Shown here: positions 39,278 to 52,147 of the stretch, one piece after another | Position numbering within the stretch: the stretch's first letter is position 1 | How the letters are laid out: the number at the start of each line of letters is the position of its first letter | From: Phoronis australis | Taxonomy: Eukaryota; Animalia; Phoronida | Assembly (NCBI GenBank): GCA_002633005.1 | Contig: NMRA01000228.1 | Span: 53,881-117,880 of the forward strand | DNA length: 64,000 nucleotides | Direction of reading: 5' to 3' | Translations under genes and position numbers: made by a program | Notes under the pieces: model-generated | The model's input: only the letters and a program-made list of their open reading frames with translations | Database searches by the model: none | What the model was told of the DNA's origin: nothing

Positions 39278-42200
39278 CTGTGACTGCAAGAACTACGAAG
39301 TTGGCCCGGAAATTCGATCGTCGACAATCGATGAACTTTGGCCATTCAAAAGGTGCTTCGCTAATGCACGTGTTGTCTCGTGATATATTGCATTTGCTTA
39401 TTGTAAAATTCTACCCCTCCCATCCCGCTTTCTCCCACAACTTGCGTGTGTGACCCCGTCTCCAAGCCTGGCCGCTTCCTACTCAAACAGATTTCTGCCA
39501 ACGTAAAACAGAGGAGACAAGTTACTGAGATTTCGGTAAGCGCGAATCCTAACAAAGCATGCGCGCAACCAGCCTTCAATATTGGGGGGCTGGAATTCCT
39601 GACGTAGTAGACCTTTGGTAACAAAAAAGGGGACTGATTAAAAAACAAACGGGGGACACCACTGTGCGTTTGTGTTTGTTTCGCTCGAGCCCCGCGAGAC
39701 CCCTGGGTGCGCGCATGTAAAGCGCTAACAGGTCCTTTATTTTCGTAAAAGCGTCAATGAAAGTTTCTTTCTATCGGTGAGAATTCAACAGACTACAGTT
39801 TGTCAACTTTTCGTAAGGTCTATTCTTACCCGACTAGAAAATAAGCAGTATTTCCTTAGTTGAATGAGCAATAGACTATACCTGTGACTTCTGTCAAAAA
39901 CTTTGGGCCACTTAATTACTGATGAAGTCAGTCTCATCTGGCAGCTGGTTACGTTTGACGGTGACTTGAGAAGTGATGGGCTTTTGGGTATTTTTCGGGG
40001 AGAACGTTTACGGATAACACATAGATACAAAGAGGTGTGCAACGGCAATGCGCCCGTAATAGTTGATTTTCGGGCAGAATTGCAGCACCTCTTAGTGTCC
40101 GTTTCACCTGGCAGAATGATCGCAAAGACAGAAACGACCATCACCCCAGAGAGTTTATGGTAAAGTTAACTTTATAGGGTGAGGGAGCCCGTTAGGGTTA
40201 GCGTTAGGTTTGGGACGGGGGGGGGTTAGGATTAGCCTTAGATAGGCCTACTATTAGTGTTGGGTTTAGATATGAGCTCATGTGACGTCATTTTACTCGG
40301 AGTCTAAATGGCGAACCAGAGACCATTAACGTCTTTGGCCGAACCCATGGGTGGTACTACTGACACGCGTGTATTTTTGTAGCCTCAGTAGTCTTTCATA
40401 TCAGCGTATGTGCGTCGAAAGTCAATCATAATAGCAAAGAAATTTTGGTCAGGAGACGGCTAAATTATGAGGCCTGGCAGCTGCCTGTGCTATAGCAATT
40501 GACTAGGACATGTACAATTTTTAGTATAAATTCCTATACTATGAAATGGCTGCAGTAGATGGCCTAGGACAGTTTGATATCTACAGAATACGACGACGTT
40601 GGACAGTGAGTCACTTTTTGATAAAATTTGCGAAAACGAAATTCTGATCCCGATACATAATCTTTAAGTCCAGTCATAAGGCTGTTATTCGCAATTCACT
40701 AATCCTAAAATGCTTTCGACAAGCTGGAAAGGCCACTCTAGTGCGATTGACGTTGCTTAGCAGTGTATCTGAATTCTCACTTTTAAGGTTTTATGTACGA
40801 CCTTACTGACCCGAAGTCGGTGAATTTAGCCACAAAATTACAAAATGTAAGACGGCAAAGGTGTGTATTTTGTGAAAGTAGGTAATCACAACTTGATATT
40901 TAGCTGTAATCTGACATTGATTGGGTCACGTGACTACATATTTTTAGTTGATTTTAGCAAAAAAAACCGTACATCCATAGCAATACAATGGACAATGATA
41001 TTAATAACACGATCAAATTTCATTTGATATCAATAGTCAAGGTGAAATTTCAAAAAAATAGAATATTTCGTGTTCCTAAGTTTGTGTTTCTTCACAAAAT
41101 CATGAAAGTACTATTTTGATAGCCCTCGTGCCAAAGTGCACCATTTTAAAAACAATTCCTAATGTTTTAAAGAAGTGCCTCCAAGCATACGTGAATGTTT
41201 CATGCGCCAATCCGATCAGCCGTTTGTGAGATATGACGTTCACTAGCCAAATTTGGAGATTTTTCTAGGGTCCTAAACAACGTACCTTAATTGTGAGTTT
41301 CCATAGCAAACGTCTGCAGATGTGCTGTTTTTGAGACAAGTTAAGTTAGCTGTAACATAACAATCTTGTTCTTAGGTTGGCTACCTACTGCTGCCATCTG
41401 ATGATGTATGAATCATAGGGCAGCAACCACACACAATTCATAATAAGAACTATACATTTCCCAGTCAACTGTAAGTGAAGATTCCTGTAGGATCCTTTAT
41501 GAAATGCACTGGTCGTGCTCCAATGATGACCAGATAGATTTTATGAACTTCATGGGGATTTCGTTTGAATGTCTAATGAGATTCTTCACAGATCGTTGGT
41601 CTCAAAACACTAAACAACGTAAGTACCTAGCTGGTACAGACAACCTCTCACTCAAACCTAAAAAGTGGACCTTGCACGCTATTTTCTTACCTTACGATTG
41701 CTTGGCCGAATTAGTTGGAAACACAACATATAGCGAAGATGTGAATACGAAGTAGGTTGAAAATTGCCTACAGGTTTTGAGTTTTGTCAAAAACGATCCG
41801 CCGTAAATCACTGAACCGAATCCAGTAAGTATCGTGACGTGGTGCTAGGGAATAGCACTGCATGATGCAGGTTATGTGAGCCTCCATGGTACGTCATTAG
41901 TGCAAAGGTCACCTGTTTGCATATTTTTCTGTTTTCACATTTACAAGTTGTCAATGAATACAACTGCACTTTGTAAAGCGTAAATGAAATTCAAATAGCA
42001 TTGTTGTGCAGTTCCTGCTATACATTAACATTGTTAGGAGCATGCAAATACATCTTAAGAATGAAATAACTCTTCGCCATTTCACCTCCGGTTGTATGAA
42101 TGCCTTATTGACCTTCAGGTGTAAGGCAGTGAGAGGAATACGCTGCAGTCCAGTGGAATTCCCACAAAAAGGACACAATAAGTGCAGTTCAAGAGTGCGA

Positions 42201-43246
42201 CTTTCCGACTACTTTCACTGAGAAAGACACCTATTCTTACAAAATTCCCCACCAATAACGAAAAAATGTCTTTTCCAATTTAATTTCCCGCATTTAATTG
42301 TTCCACTTTGGGATTTCGAAACTTTAGACTTTATTCTGACCACACAAATCAGCAGAAAGATAAGGATACAGCCTTGTAACGTTTCAAACTTAGACCTATT
42401 GAGTTAACCCTAGCAAAGGGTTGTTTCTGAGACAAAACCCAACGAAATAGTAACTTTTCATTGAGTCTCTTTACAAATGTGCCGTAAACCTTCTAATAGA
42501 ATTAAAGCCGGGTCTCTAATAAACGCATCATTTTAATAGAAGCACAGGGTCCAGACACGCTGAAATTAATAAATGACGGGACTCTAATATAGAAGCCTCC
42601 CTCTAGCCAGGTCTCCACAGTCCCGTCCACGCACACCCTACCCTCAAACAACTTACACTATCTCAGAGTTGCCGCACGATGGCATACACTGAGCCGATTC
42701 CTTATTTTGTGACTGAAAGTCTGAGGGCAACCAGAAGCGTATAAGAACGTATGCAGAAATGAAAAAACAACGAATTCACAGCCATGATCATGAGAGATTC
42801 TTATGCCAACGAATGCTAAAAAATTCAAGTAAGCGGGGGTACGTTGACTTAATTCATCATAGTGCCTTGAAAGCGTTCGACATAACCAGCTTTGACAATA
42901 TTAGAAAGGCACGCAAGAGTTTTTAACACTCCATGGTTAGCACGCAAAGTCTCGCGTCACAGCCCTCGTCGGGAGTTGCAGAGGCTTACTAATGATAAAA
43001 TGTTTTTAAGAAAACAGTGTTTTCTTATTCAATCCCGTCTCGGTTAAGGGAGAATTCGTAGCAATATGGCATGTAGACTGAAACAAAATTCCCAGTCACG
43101 AAAGACATACAACGAAGTGCATTTTGGCATTGTGATTATGCTTAGGTGACGATAATGAAATATCGGAAAATCGACATTTTAGAAGTTTAATTTATGCATT
43201 AGTGCCAAACTTATTGCTACCATACACCTCACACGACTAGAGAGTT

Positions 43247-44865
43247 CTAAGTCCGATGTTTTGTGGCCTTTGATTTACCTTTAACCTTTTTTGTTTTTGT
43301 TTTTGTATGCCCTTCATGGTCACTTTTTTCGCTTAATAATGATTTTTTTGAAGAAGGAACGCGGCTTCCGCTCTTGGCGATGGCCAACGATAATCCGGAT
43401 ACTGAGAGCCTGTCTTTACTGGGAACCGGCCTTATTTGTCCATCTAGTGCGCTGCCTCGGCGACGTTTACGAGAGGTTTTCTCGGCTTTGTTGTCTTGCG
43501 TTTGATTGGCGGTTACCAATGAATTTTCTCTGGACGTACAGGGAGTATAGTCGTCCATTTCCAAAGATTTTTGTTGCTCTGCAAACAGCGTCCTCAGCTT
43601 GCGCTCATTGACTATTAATTTCATGTCAGATATTTCTTTAGTAAACGAATATAGTTGTCCGACAGCGTAGTTAACCTCACTAACCTCGGCCTGGTCGTAA
43701 GGCTCTAGTATTTCAAGACAACGTTGTGACACTTGTACTCGCAACTTTTTAAAGCGGAACATCTGGAGCCGTTTGGTCAGTACCTCATAGTTGCACAGAT
43801 TTTTGCAGTCACTCCATTCCCGTACCCGGCGCTCAGCCTCACCCAGCGTCAAGAAGGTTGCTACAAGAACATCGTGAATCTCTTCTGGCACAGGATCAGA
43901 GTTTTTAACTTGTACAATCACCAGCGGATCAAGTGACGTTAGCAGGTTCTTCCTCAGTAGTTCTGTACGCGTCAGAGCTTGGTAAAGTTTTGATACTTCC
44001 TGGATTTCTATTACTAAGTCGTCCGCGTATTCGCTTTGTTCGGCATCTTGTATTGCATCCCGGATTAAATTAGGGTCATCGAGCTCACTAGCTTTTTTCA
44101 TTTCCTCTTTCAACTTCAGCACTTCTAACACGTGATAACACCTTTGAATAACAGTGATATCAAAGTTGGATTGTGATTCGTAATCTGCTTTGTTGGTCTC
44201 GTATTCCTTCAACGCTTTCGAAATGACTTCTTTCTCGTGTGAATCACACGCAAACTTAAGCGTATTTAAGAGTACATTGCACTTCCGTTGTAATTCCTTT
44301 GTTTCCCTACTAACAGGAAGGCACGGTGAAATGTCAGGTGTGGACTCAGAAGACATAATGGTGGGAAGGCACATGTCAACTGGATCCACGTTGTAACCAG
44401 TTGACGACGGTTCTGTCTGATTCTCAGAAGAGCTTGGCTCCGTTTTCGTCGACTCTTTCACCGACTTATTCCTCATCGCACTCACTCTCTGGAAGCGGCT
44501 TTTGCTGCGTCTTTTAGTTAGGAAAAGAGACGACGTTAGTTGTTTGAATGTTTCATTTAATGCTGCATTATGTTTCACAACGTCGAAATTGATCGTCGTA
44601 AAATCACTGACCTCCACAGAGTAGCGTTTAGGATATCCGTAATCACATGAGAGGCGAACTTTGCCCTGCGTCATGCGTTGCTGTTCGCGATGCATTGCGA
44701 CTTGATTTACTATCTTTTCGTATTCGATTTCAAAGACTTCCAGAGCTGGGTCTCTAGGATGTTGCACTCGGTGTACTTCGAATATTCCCGCAAGTATTGC
44801 ACACAAGACCAAAATCACACTCAGCCGTGTTGCCAAATATTGGAAGAAGAGAGAGGCAGTCTCAT
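43247..44865 (-). CDS. Large terminal exon: TM helix, helical-repeat region, dynein-stalk/MTBD-like domain and basic tail; uncharacterised membrane protein
   Basis: Uninterrupted 1.6-kb frame. The listed start is TTG and there is an in-frame stop just upstream, so splicing is needed; phase-1 acceptor ttccgcag|44865 (alternative phase-0 site at 44881); TM LSVILVLCAILAGIFEV. Confidence 0.85.
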
Positions 44866-47226
44866 CTGCGGAATTGGAAAGCTAGGATAACAATTAGTTA
44901 TGTCAATATAGGCGATTACGTATTACTAAGTAAAAGTTACAAGTGTGTCTTTGAACTATTAAAAAGGTAAGGGCACTTTGTGTTTGTTTGCTTCTAGTTT
45001 CCAAGAAACTGAGAAAATGAACAGTATTCCTGCGTGAACCTACTCAGAAGGAATTAAATTCCTGATATAAATTTGACATATCTTTAAACAAATGTCTCAA
45101 GGTAACAGAAAATCTCTCTACAAAAAGTTAAGAGACGAAAGACACAAGATGGATGGTACACGCGAGTTCACTGTTTCAGGCAGATGGCTGAAGCTTGGTA
45201 TGTTGAATTGACGGCTTTGAATATCTTTCAGGACCTAAAAAACGAAATCACTAAATTAACTCTCACATACTTGTCTCAAAGTTTCCCTTGTCATGTTATC
45301 ATGTTTTCGGGTTCTTCCGGTGAAAAGAAGTGAAGGGTCACCTGCCACTGATTTAGAACTGTTCAATTATGTACACTGGAGTATGATAACCCATCAAAAT
45401 GTGTTGGCTTTTTGAAAAACTTTTTACTTGTTGACTCCCTGATCGAGTGACATGTTTGTCACAGTGCTGAAGAATTTGAGACATCGCTTGTGTTCTAGAG
45501 TTACGTATTCTATTATTTACATTTTAGAAGGAGAATAAAAAGGAAAAACGAACAAACAAACAAAAACTTAGTGACAGAGCAACATACTTGGCGAAATTTA
45601 TTTCGCCAAGTAATTACATACATACATAAAACGCCCAAGTTGAGTGTCACCATTTTAGTTGCCAATTGGTAAAAACAGATTGCGAATCTGCAATTAAGAC
45701 AGACAGACGCACACAGACAGACACAGAGAGACAGTGGCTTTTCATATGTTTATATGCTACATCTTTTGACCAGCATTCGTAGTACTATTTTCAGCCGGAG
45801 GACGCTGCAATGATGATTAAAGAAATTTAATCTTAACTGGAGACGATACAGCGACTAATTGGTCGTAACATCTCTTGGAATAGCCTAACAAACCACCTAG
45901 CTACACACTAGTACGCCTTAAAACATGTAAGTATTTAAAATGCTTACAGAGTTACACAACACATTGTCCTCCTGTTGTTTAATTGATCCAGTCAGGTTTG
46001 ATTTGAAGAAAAGTCTCCGAGCAGCCACGAGGACATTAGCGCGGAATCGAATATGCAATCAACCCCCGGGAAGGCAGATTAATGCGCAGCTGTCGGAGAT
46101 AAATCCAAATTGATAAAAAACAGAATAGTACAAGCCTCTTCACTAAAGTCACCGGCGAGTGTCTGGCTGACAACGGCAAGAATTCTGTAGTGTATTTAAG
46201 CTGTATTTCGCCATGAATAGTAGGCTAAAACCGAAAACTGGCCTTTTACTCTAAAAGTTAGGTTTCATACTCCTTACCAAGATAGGATTCCATTTCCATT
46301 ACCAAATCAAGTCACAGACAATTCGTACATGCGCCATGCCATCTCCGAATTTGCAATTTTAGAATTCGTCAACTGAACCACTTTCTTGAGTCCGTGGTAG
46401 TTTCGATCTTCTCGTTGGTTACGATAAAGGAACCCTATCACGGCAAGGAATATTATAAGACCGATGTTATGGGAATACAATAATTAATCTTGTTAAGCAA
46501 GTCGAAATGTAGCGTTATAGCCGCTGCTTGTGGTGAAGATGGTCGTGAAAGCAGGCAATTGAAAAAAAAATTGTTTTAAACTTGCACCAGTGTATGCGCG
46601 CCCGCTGAAGTACCGTTAGAACCCATTGTGTGTCGTAATCAGTCTATTCGGCGCTACTGGCGCACGCGCTTTTTGTCACAACGCCTTTGCGACATGAGGG
46701 CGCTGCCAAGAAACGTACGTCTATTTCCAGACCATACACGTCACACAGATAGTCTAGTTGTTTATGTTACAAACAGTGCATGAACTTGGTCTCTCCCATT
46801 CAACAGTAATCCCCACATTGCGTTTTAGTAGTTAAGCCGACAATGTCTCTTTTAACCTTTCAATGAACTCATCATAGTTGCCCTGCACCTTCTTACTCGA
46901 CGTCGTCTTTTCTGGAAACGGTCTTACTTCATAGTAAGATGCTCATTTAAAATACAAATAAATCAAGAATTTCTTGCACTGAGAACACAGTCGTTATAGA
47001 TTACCTTCATGTGTCAATTTTCTTGGAAATTAGGGACCAACATGAAAGTACACTTACTTTTTTACTAGTTCATACATGTAGGTGCAAGAGTCGTTTCATA
47101 ATCACAAACAGCGGTATGAATTCTTGTGTCTAGTGGCAGCTGCAAGGCTTCCGAGAAATTATGAGAAATTGTGCAATGTACACAATAAATAAATAAGTTA
47201 GAATTTAGTACAAAAACAAAACTCAC

Positions 47227-47535
47227 GTTCTGGAATAATCTCTATGTTTATGTAGGTTGACGACTTGAACTTAGTAACTTTAGAGTTAACCGCCTCGCAA
47301 TAAAGTTTCCCACTTTCTTTGGGATGGAAGGATATAGTGCTTTTTAATTTGCCTCTTGCTATCTTGGGCTCCGCTTTCATAGGACGCCCAGACTCCTGGC
47401 GGAACCTGAAGTATGCACCCGGATTGACATCTGTCGCCTCACAGTGCACGTTAACCAGGGTCCTTTCCTTTAGCTGGAATGTTGTATTTCTTGTCTTTTG
47501 CTTCTCAATCGTCATAAGGAGTTCGCGCGGCCCAT
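47227..47535 (-). CDS. Ig-like (C2-set) domain exon 2
   Basis: VNVHCEATDVNP...SGKLYCEAVN; ttgttaag| acceptor and |gtgagt donor; 309 nt, phase 1-1. Confidence 0.85.
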
Positions 47536-47715
47536 CTTAACAAAACAAATTACATTATTTAAACTGATACCCTACCAAATTGTAATCAGCCTTCTTACTA
47601 ACATTAAACTTTAAAAAAACCATGCATACAATCACTGCATTATTTATCCTCCATCGTATTTTGTGAGAGAAGTTGTCAGACAACGGGTGCTCGTTTTCCC
47701 GTGGTTAATGGTAGA

Positions 47716-47850
47716 ATGATGAAGCGTTGCGTTTGTGGATGTACAACATGAATTTGACCACGCTGTGACTGTTTTCATTTTCCCGAAGCACGTCAGAGAA
47801 GCGCGGATATGGCACGAGTTTGCACAATAAACTCGCGTGTTGGTGGTCTT
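47716..47850 (+). mobile_element. Degenerate THAP-domain fragment in the intron between the two Ig exons
   Basis: MKRCVCGC...FIFPKHVREARIWHEFAQ*TR, frameshifted. Confidence 0.45.
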
Positions 47851-48216
47851 GAATCACTGGCGCTGGGCACCTTCGTACGTCACACTCATATCCGTGAAGC
47901 TAAGGATGTTTCAATTAAGTGTCGTCTTTTCTACTTTCTTGATTTTGAGATGTTGAATTCCCGGTTATGATGTGCTGTTCTGCTAAGGAGTGTTTATTGA
48001 TGCAGACAATGTATTTACTTGTCAAAACAAAACAAATGGTGTTTTACACATTAAAGGGTTCAGAAATTCCCCCAGGCAAGATGGAGGAGAGTTCTATTGA
48101 CGAACAATCTTCTCCATGGAGAATAATTTGTGATAGGAAATATCACTAAGTGTGACTTGATGACGACGACCCTAAGGAACTGGTCTTGCGCCACTCGATC
48201 TCGGTTAGGTACTCAC

Positions 48217-48444
48217 AATAGACTCGTTTCATGACAAAATGAACTTGAAGTTGCGCTCCCTCCTGCACACACACCCATTTCTTGTGCAGCATTTCTCTGG
48301 TTGGGATTATACGCAGCTCTTTGTTGTGGATGGGCATTTGGTCCTTGGAAGATTTCCACCATACGTTACCGTCCAAGTTACAGTAGCAAGTGCGAGGCTC
48401 GTTGGCCACGAAGACTGTGTCATCGTTGCAAGTCAGTTTATCAG
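48217..48444 (-). CDS. Ig-like (C2-set-like, shortened) domain exon 1
   Basis: ttcccag| acceptor and |gtgagt donor; 228 nt, phase 1-1; C..W..LRIIPTRE..KWVC pattern; splicing to the next exon recreates the inter-Ig VYYGP motif. Confidence 0.7.
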
Positions 48445-50613
48445 CTGGGAAGTAACAGAGATGTGGTCAAGAAATATGAATTGCCGTCAAATTTGTAGGT
48501 ATCTACGGACCTAAAATGTGGCGCCAGGAAGTAGCAAAGTAGAGGCCGACATTTGTTCTGTTACTTTCAAATTTGCCCGAAACAAACTTGGTTAGTGTGT
48601 TTTGCTGCATCAACTAGTTAGGACAGAGCCGGGCGGGACGAGATGTTCACAAAACGGTCTCGATCATGTTTATTCACGGGCTGCACTAAAATCCCGCTTC
48701 AGAAGTTAAGGAAATCGTGGAGTGTGACCCCCGGCCTCTGCGGCGAGAGTAATTGTTGATTCATTTGTCGGCGGGAAACAGAAGACTGAAAACGTCCTCA
48801 GAAGACAGAGATGAGACAGTGCAGCTCTACAACTGAAAGAACAAATAGCAAACTTCTCACAGTTCTAGATCTCCGACAGTAAATAATTTATATTCCAGTA
48901 GAAATCTGAAATTAGTGGAGAGAAGATGAGGGGAGGGTGAAAAAACGAAGGTCTTCATTCCGCTAGTTACCTGATGAACTCATGGTACCATCCGTTCTGA
49001 TTCGGCATCCAATATGCCCAATGAAATTGTTGGAAGGCACCAAAATTCACTGAACCACCAGCATTTTACGAGACTTGTTTATCACTGGCAAAAAATAACA
49101 CTTATGCATTACTCGGCGTTTGTAGATACCAGCATAAAGTTGTTAAAAAGGCACACACAGAGCGCCTTTCGATTTTTTGCACGTAGACTACTTATTAGTG
49201 TTAAATACTTTTTTCAAATCTGTATTTCACATTAAGAAATTTTATGCGATTTGTGAAGGCATACGCACGATGCCTTACGGGCATGGGGTATATCTTAGTG
49301 GTTTGAGGAGTTGATCTTCCTCAATAAATTTTCAGAATTTACGCGTGTTCATACCTGTAACAGCCTGCTATGACTTGACAGTTAAACCCGTACTTCAAAA
49401 AAACACAGATTTTTTCTAAAACAGGACGCCGGCGGGTGTGAAGTAATTCTTGGTATCATCACTAGGCCCACTCTGTCTATCCTGGACCTCATTTAATGTA
49501 TAATCTATACTGCAATATGATTTTGTGTAACAAATTCCGCCCAGAATGTATGGACGGATATCGTTGCTACCTACCCCGTTTCAACAACCTCGAGTGTCAC
49601 GTTATCGTGAAAATGACGTTTTTCTCGAAATCATCGCTCGCTAGCTGGTTCCCTGCGTGCTTAGCCCAGCCAGCCCGCAGGTAATGGGTATCACGCAGTG
49701 GCACGCGCTTTAGCATTGGTCGATGTAACCTTGGCAGTCATTGCATGGTTAGCTTTACAACACCCTGAAAAAATGGCGGACTGTGAACGATTTTTAGCCT
49801 TGTCACGCAAGTGGCGTCGCAACAACTATTTCGTTTCTGCAGTGATGTTTAATATCCGCGTGCTTGGAGCACATGCATGCCAACACACATCTGGCCTATT
49901 TAACCGGTGTGTTATTCATACTGTATGAATACAGGACACTATCGTAAACAAAAGCCATCGACCGTGAGTTGAAAGATGCATTCCGAAAAGTCGCAATCAC
50001 AATTTCTAGGCTTCGCATTTCCTGAACATAAATTTTAAGCACCGATTTGTCTGTACAACAGAACACATTTACACTTCAGTCCATCAGTCATGCCAGTTTG
50101 TTTGCGTAAAGCGCTACCTATTGAGAATTCGACTAGCCAATCAGAAACGCCGGTGAAAAAAGTTTCCCGAGGAAAATAAGTGATACCTGAGAGATACCTG
50201 CGTGCTGGCGCGGCTACCACCCCATCTAGCGGCACGCAGGGAACCAGCGAGAAATCATCGAGGCTATTCAAATTCAATTAAGAAAAGTGCCAGTAGCTTT
50301 TACTGACATTAATTTTGTGTAAGTTTTGTTTTACCCAAGTCACTTTAATACCCAAATAGTTCCAAAGCGTCAACCGTACGTTTACAAGTAGGCTACCGAA
50401 GCCGTGTCTCCCCAGGACTAGCCGGATGCCGGGACGCGCCGGTGTTTTGTTACTCTTTCACAGTGTTACGAAAGGTAAAATTTTGTTATCATAGCTTCTC
50501 ATTGGTTTAAGTAATGAAACCGACGTCATAACATTTAGCCATTCCCATTGATTGAAACCAGGGAAACCTCTTTCAGTTACGTATGGTGACTACTTTTGAC
50601 TTGAACAGCTGCA

Positions 50614-51349
50614 ATTTATGCTCGGAATATGTCCCGAAAATAATAGGTGCGTCGCAAGCTCCGTTTCCAGAGATACAAAGGAGACCGTGTATAGGCGATA
50701 TAAGGTCATTTATTATGACTGATAAGGTACAGAAATATGAGAGTACAAATAACATAAAGATAAAATAATAATATCTGGAAAGATGGGCAATAAAAAGCGC
50801 CAGCACTCAGGTAAGAGGAACTACCCAAAGTAGAGGGTGGTAGAGCGTGGGAAAAATGAAGAGAGATTAGCTCGAACCTAAGTGCTGCAAAGCGAATTAC
50901 AGATGGCAGGAAATATAACTTTCTTGAGAACAAAGGAGCCCTATGACACGTGACAATCATCAGCCTATGGGAGCCAGGAGCCCAGTGACCAAACTCGTGG
51001 CAGTAATACAAACGAACCAATAGTGAGGCTGGAAATGGAATGTCCTAGTGCCTTGAGTGCAGGAGGACCGCATGCGAATCTACACAAGGGGTTATTGGAC
51101 CAGTCCGAAAGAGGGACGAGTCCATATTCTCGCATAAATATATTTAACGAGTGAAATATCATTTATGCTCGGAATATGTCCCGAAAATAATAGGTGCGTC
51201 GCAAGCTCCGTTTCCAGAGATACAAAGGAGACCGTGTATAGGCGATACAAGGTCATTTGTTATGACTGATAAGGTACAGAAATATGAGAGTACAAATAAC
51301 ATAAAGATAAAATAATAATCTCTGGAAAGATGGGCAATAAAAAGCGCCA
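50614..51349 (-). mobile_element. Two 189-bp direct repeats (50614-50802, 51161-51349) around a 358-bp spacer; probable DIRS/Ngaro split-repeat end
   Basis: Copies differ at about 3 positions; share AGATGGGCAATAAA..GCGCC and ATATAACTTTCTT with the relic at 60280-62230. Confidence 0.55.
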
Positions 51350-52147
51350 CGAGAGATGTTGAATTTATTAAAACGGGTAGTGATCGAAGTAAACAACGTC
51401 GATCCCGTAGCTAAGCCCAAACAAGTACAGTGCATGGAAGTGGTGGTGATATGTTCGATAAACTTCCGACCAAGCATGTGCATTGATGCCCACACACGGA
51501 ATTCCGTGTGTGGTTCATCATGGCTCCACAAGGCCACTTTTCAGTACGTGGCACTGTGTCAAGAGGGTGGTGTTTTGTGCGGGCGCAGCCATGTTTCAAG
51601 CCAGACTTACAAACATGGTTTTCTACATCTCGGTGTTAGGATGACGTACTGTTCAGAAATATATTTCTTGACGACAGACCTGAGTTATTTGTGCCCAAGT
51701 CGGTTGTGAACATCCTCATTATTGTGCTTTCCGAGTTCTTTCATGAAAGTGTTTTAAGACTAAAGACTGAAATTCGGTCGTACACCTCCACTTCACAAAA
51801 GTAATGTCATATTTTTGCATCTCTACTTTGGTTAGATTTATTTGTTTATACCAAGCCCAAATTCTTAGCTTTTGTCACGTTTTTCAAAGAAACCAACTTT
51901 GTTGTAGACCCCTATTGCTGTGAAACAGTTCTCAACTTATGTCAGTATTAGATGGGTGGCAATGCTTGACGCATAAAATGACAAGCCAATTTCTTGAGCC
52001 TGGGTTGTATCATGTAGACACAAGACAATGTAGAATGAAGCTGATGAATTTATTTCACGAAGGAAGCGGTCTAAATCACAACTCGTTTCTGTCGTAAGGT
52101 TTGTGCCATTTTGAAGTCGACGGTATGGGTCGTATAGTCTGGCTTAC

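Noticed and set aside
44000-44780. Idea that the Ig receptor tail recruits the neighbouring GRB2
   Set aside because: I found no pY-x-N GRB2-SH2 motif in the tail, and adjacency alone is not evidence of a functional link
48445-49100. Extra minus-strand splice-like sites and a VELHC Ig-like motif upstream of Ig exon 1
   Set aside because: All frames contain stops and no consistent exon could be built; possibly a dead exon
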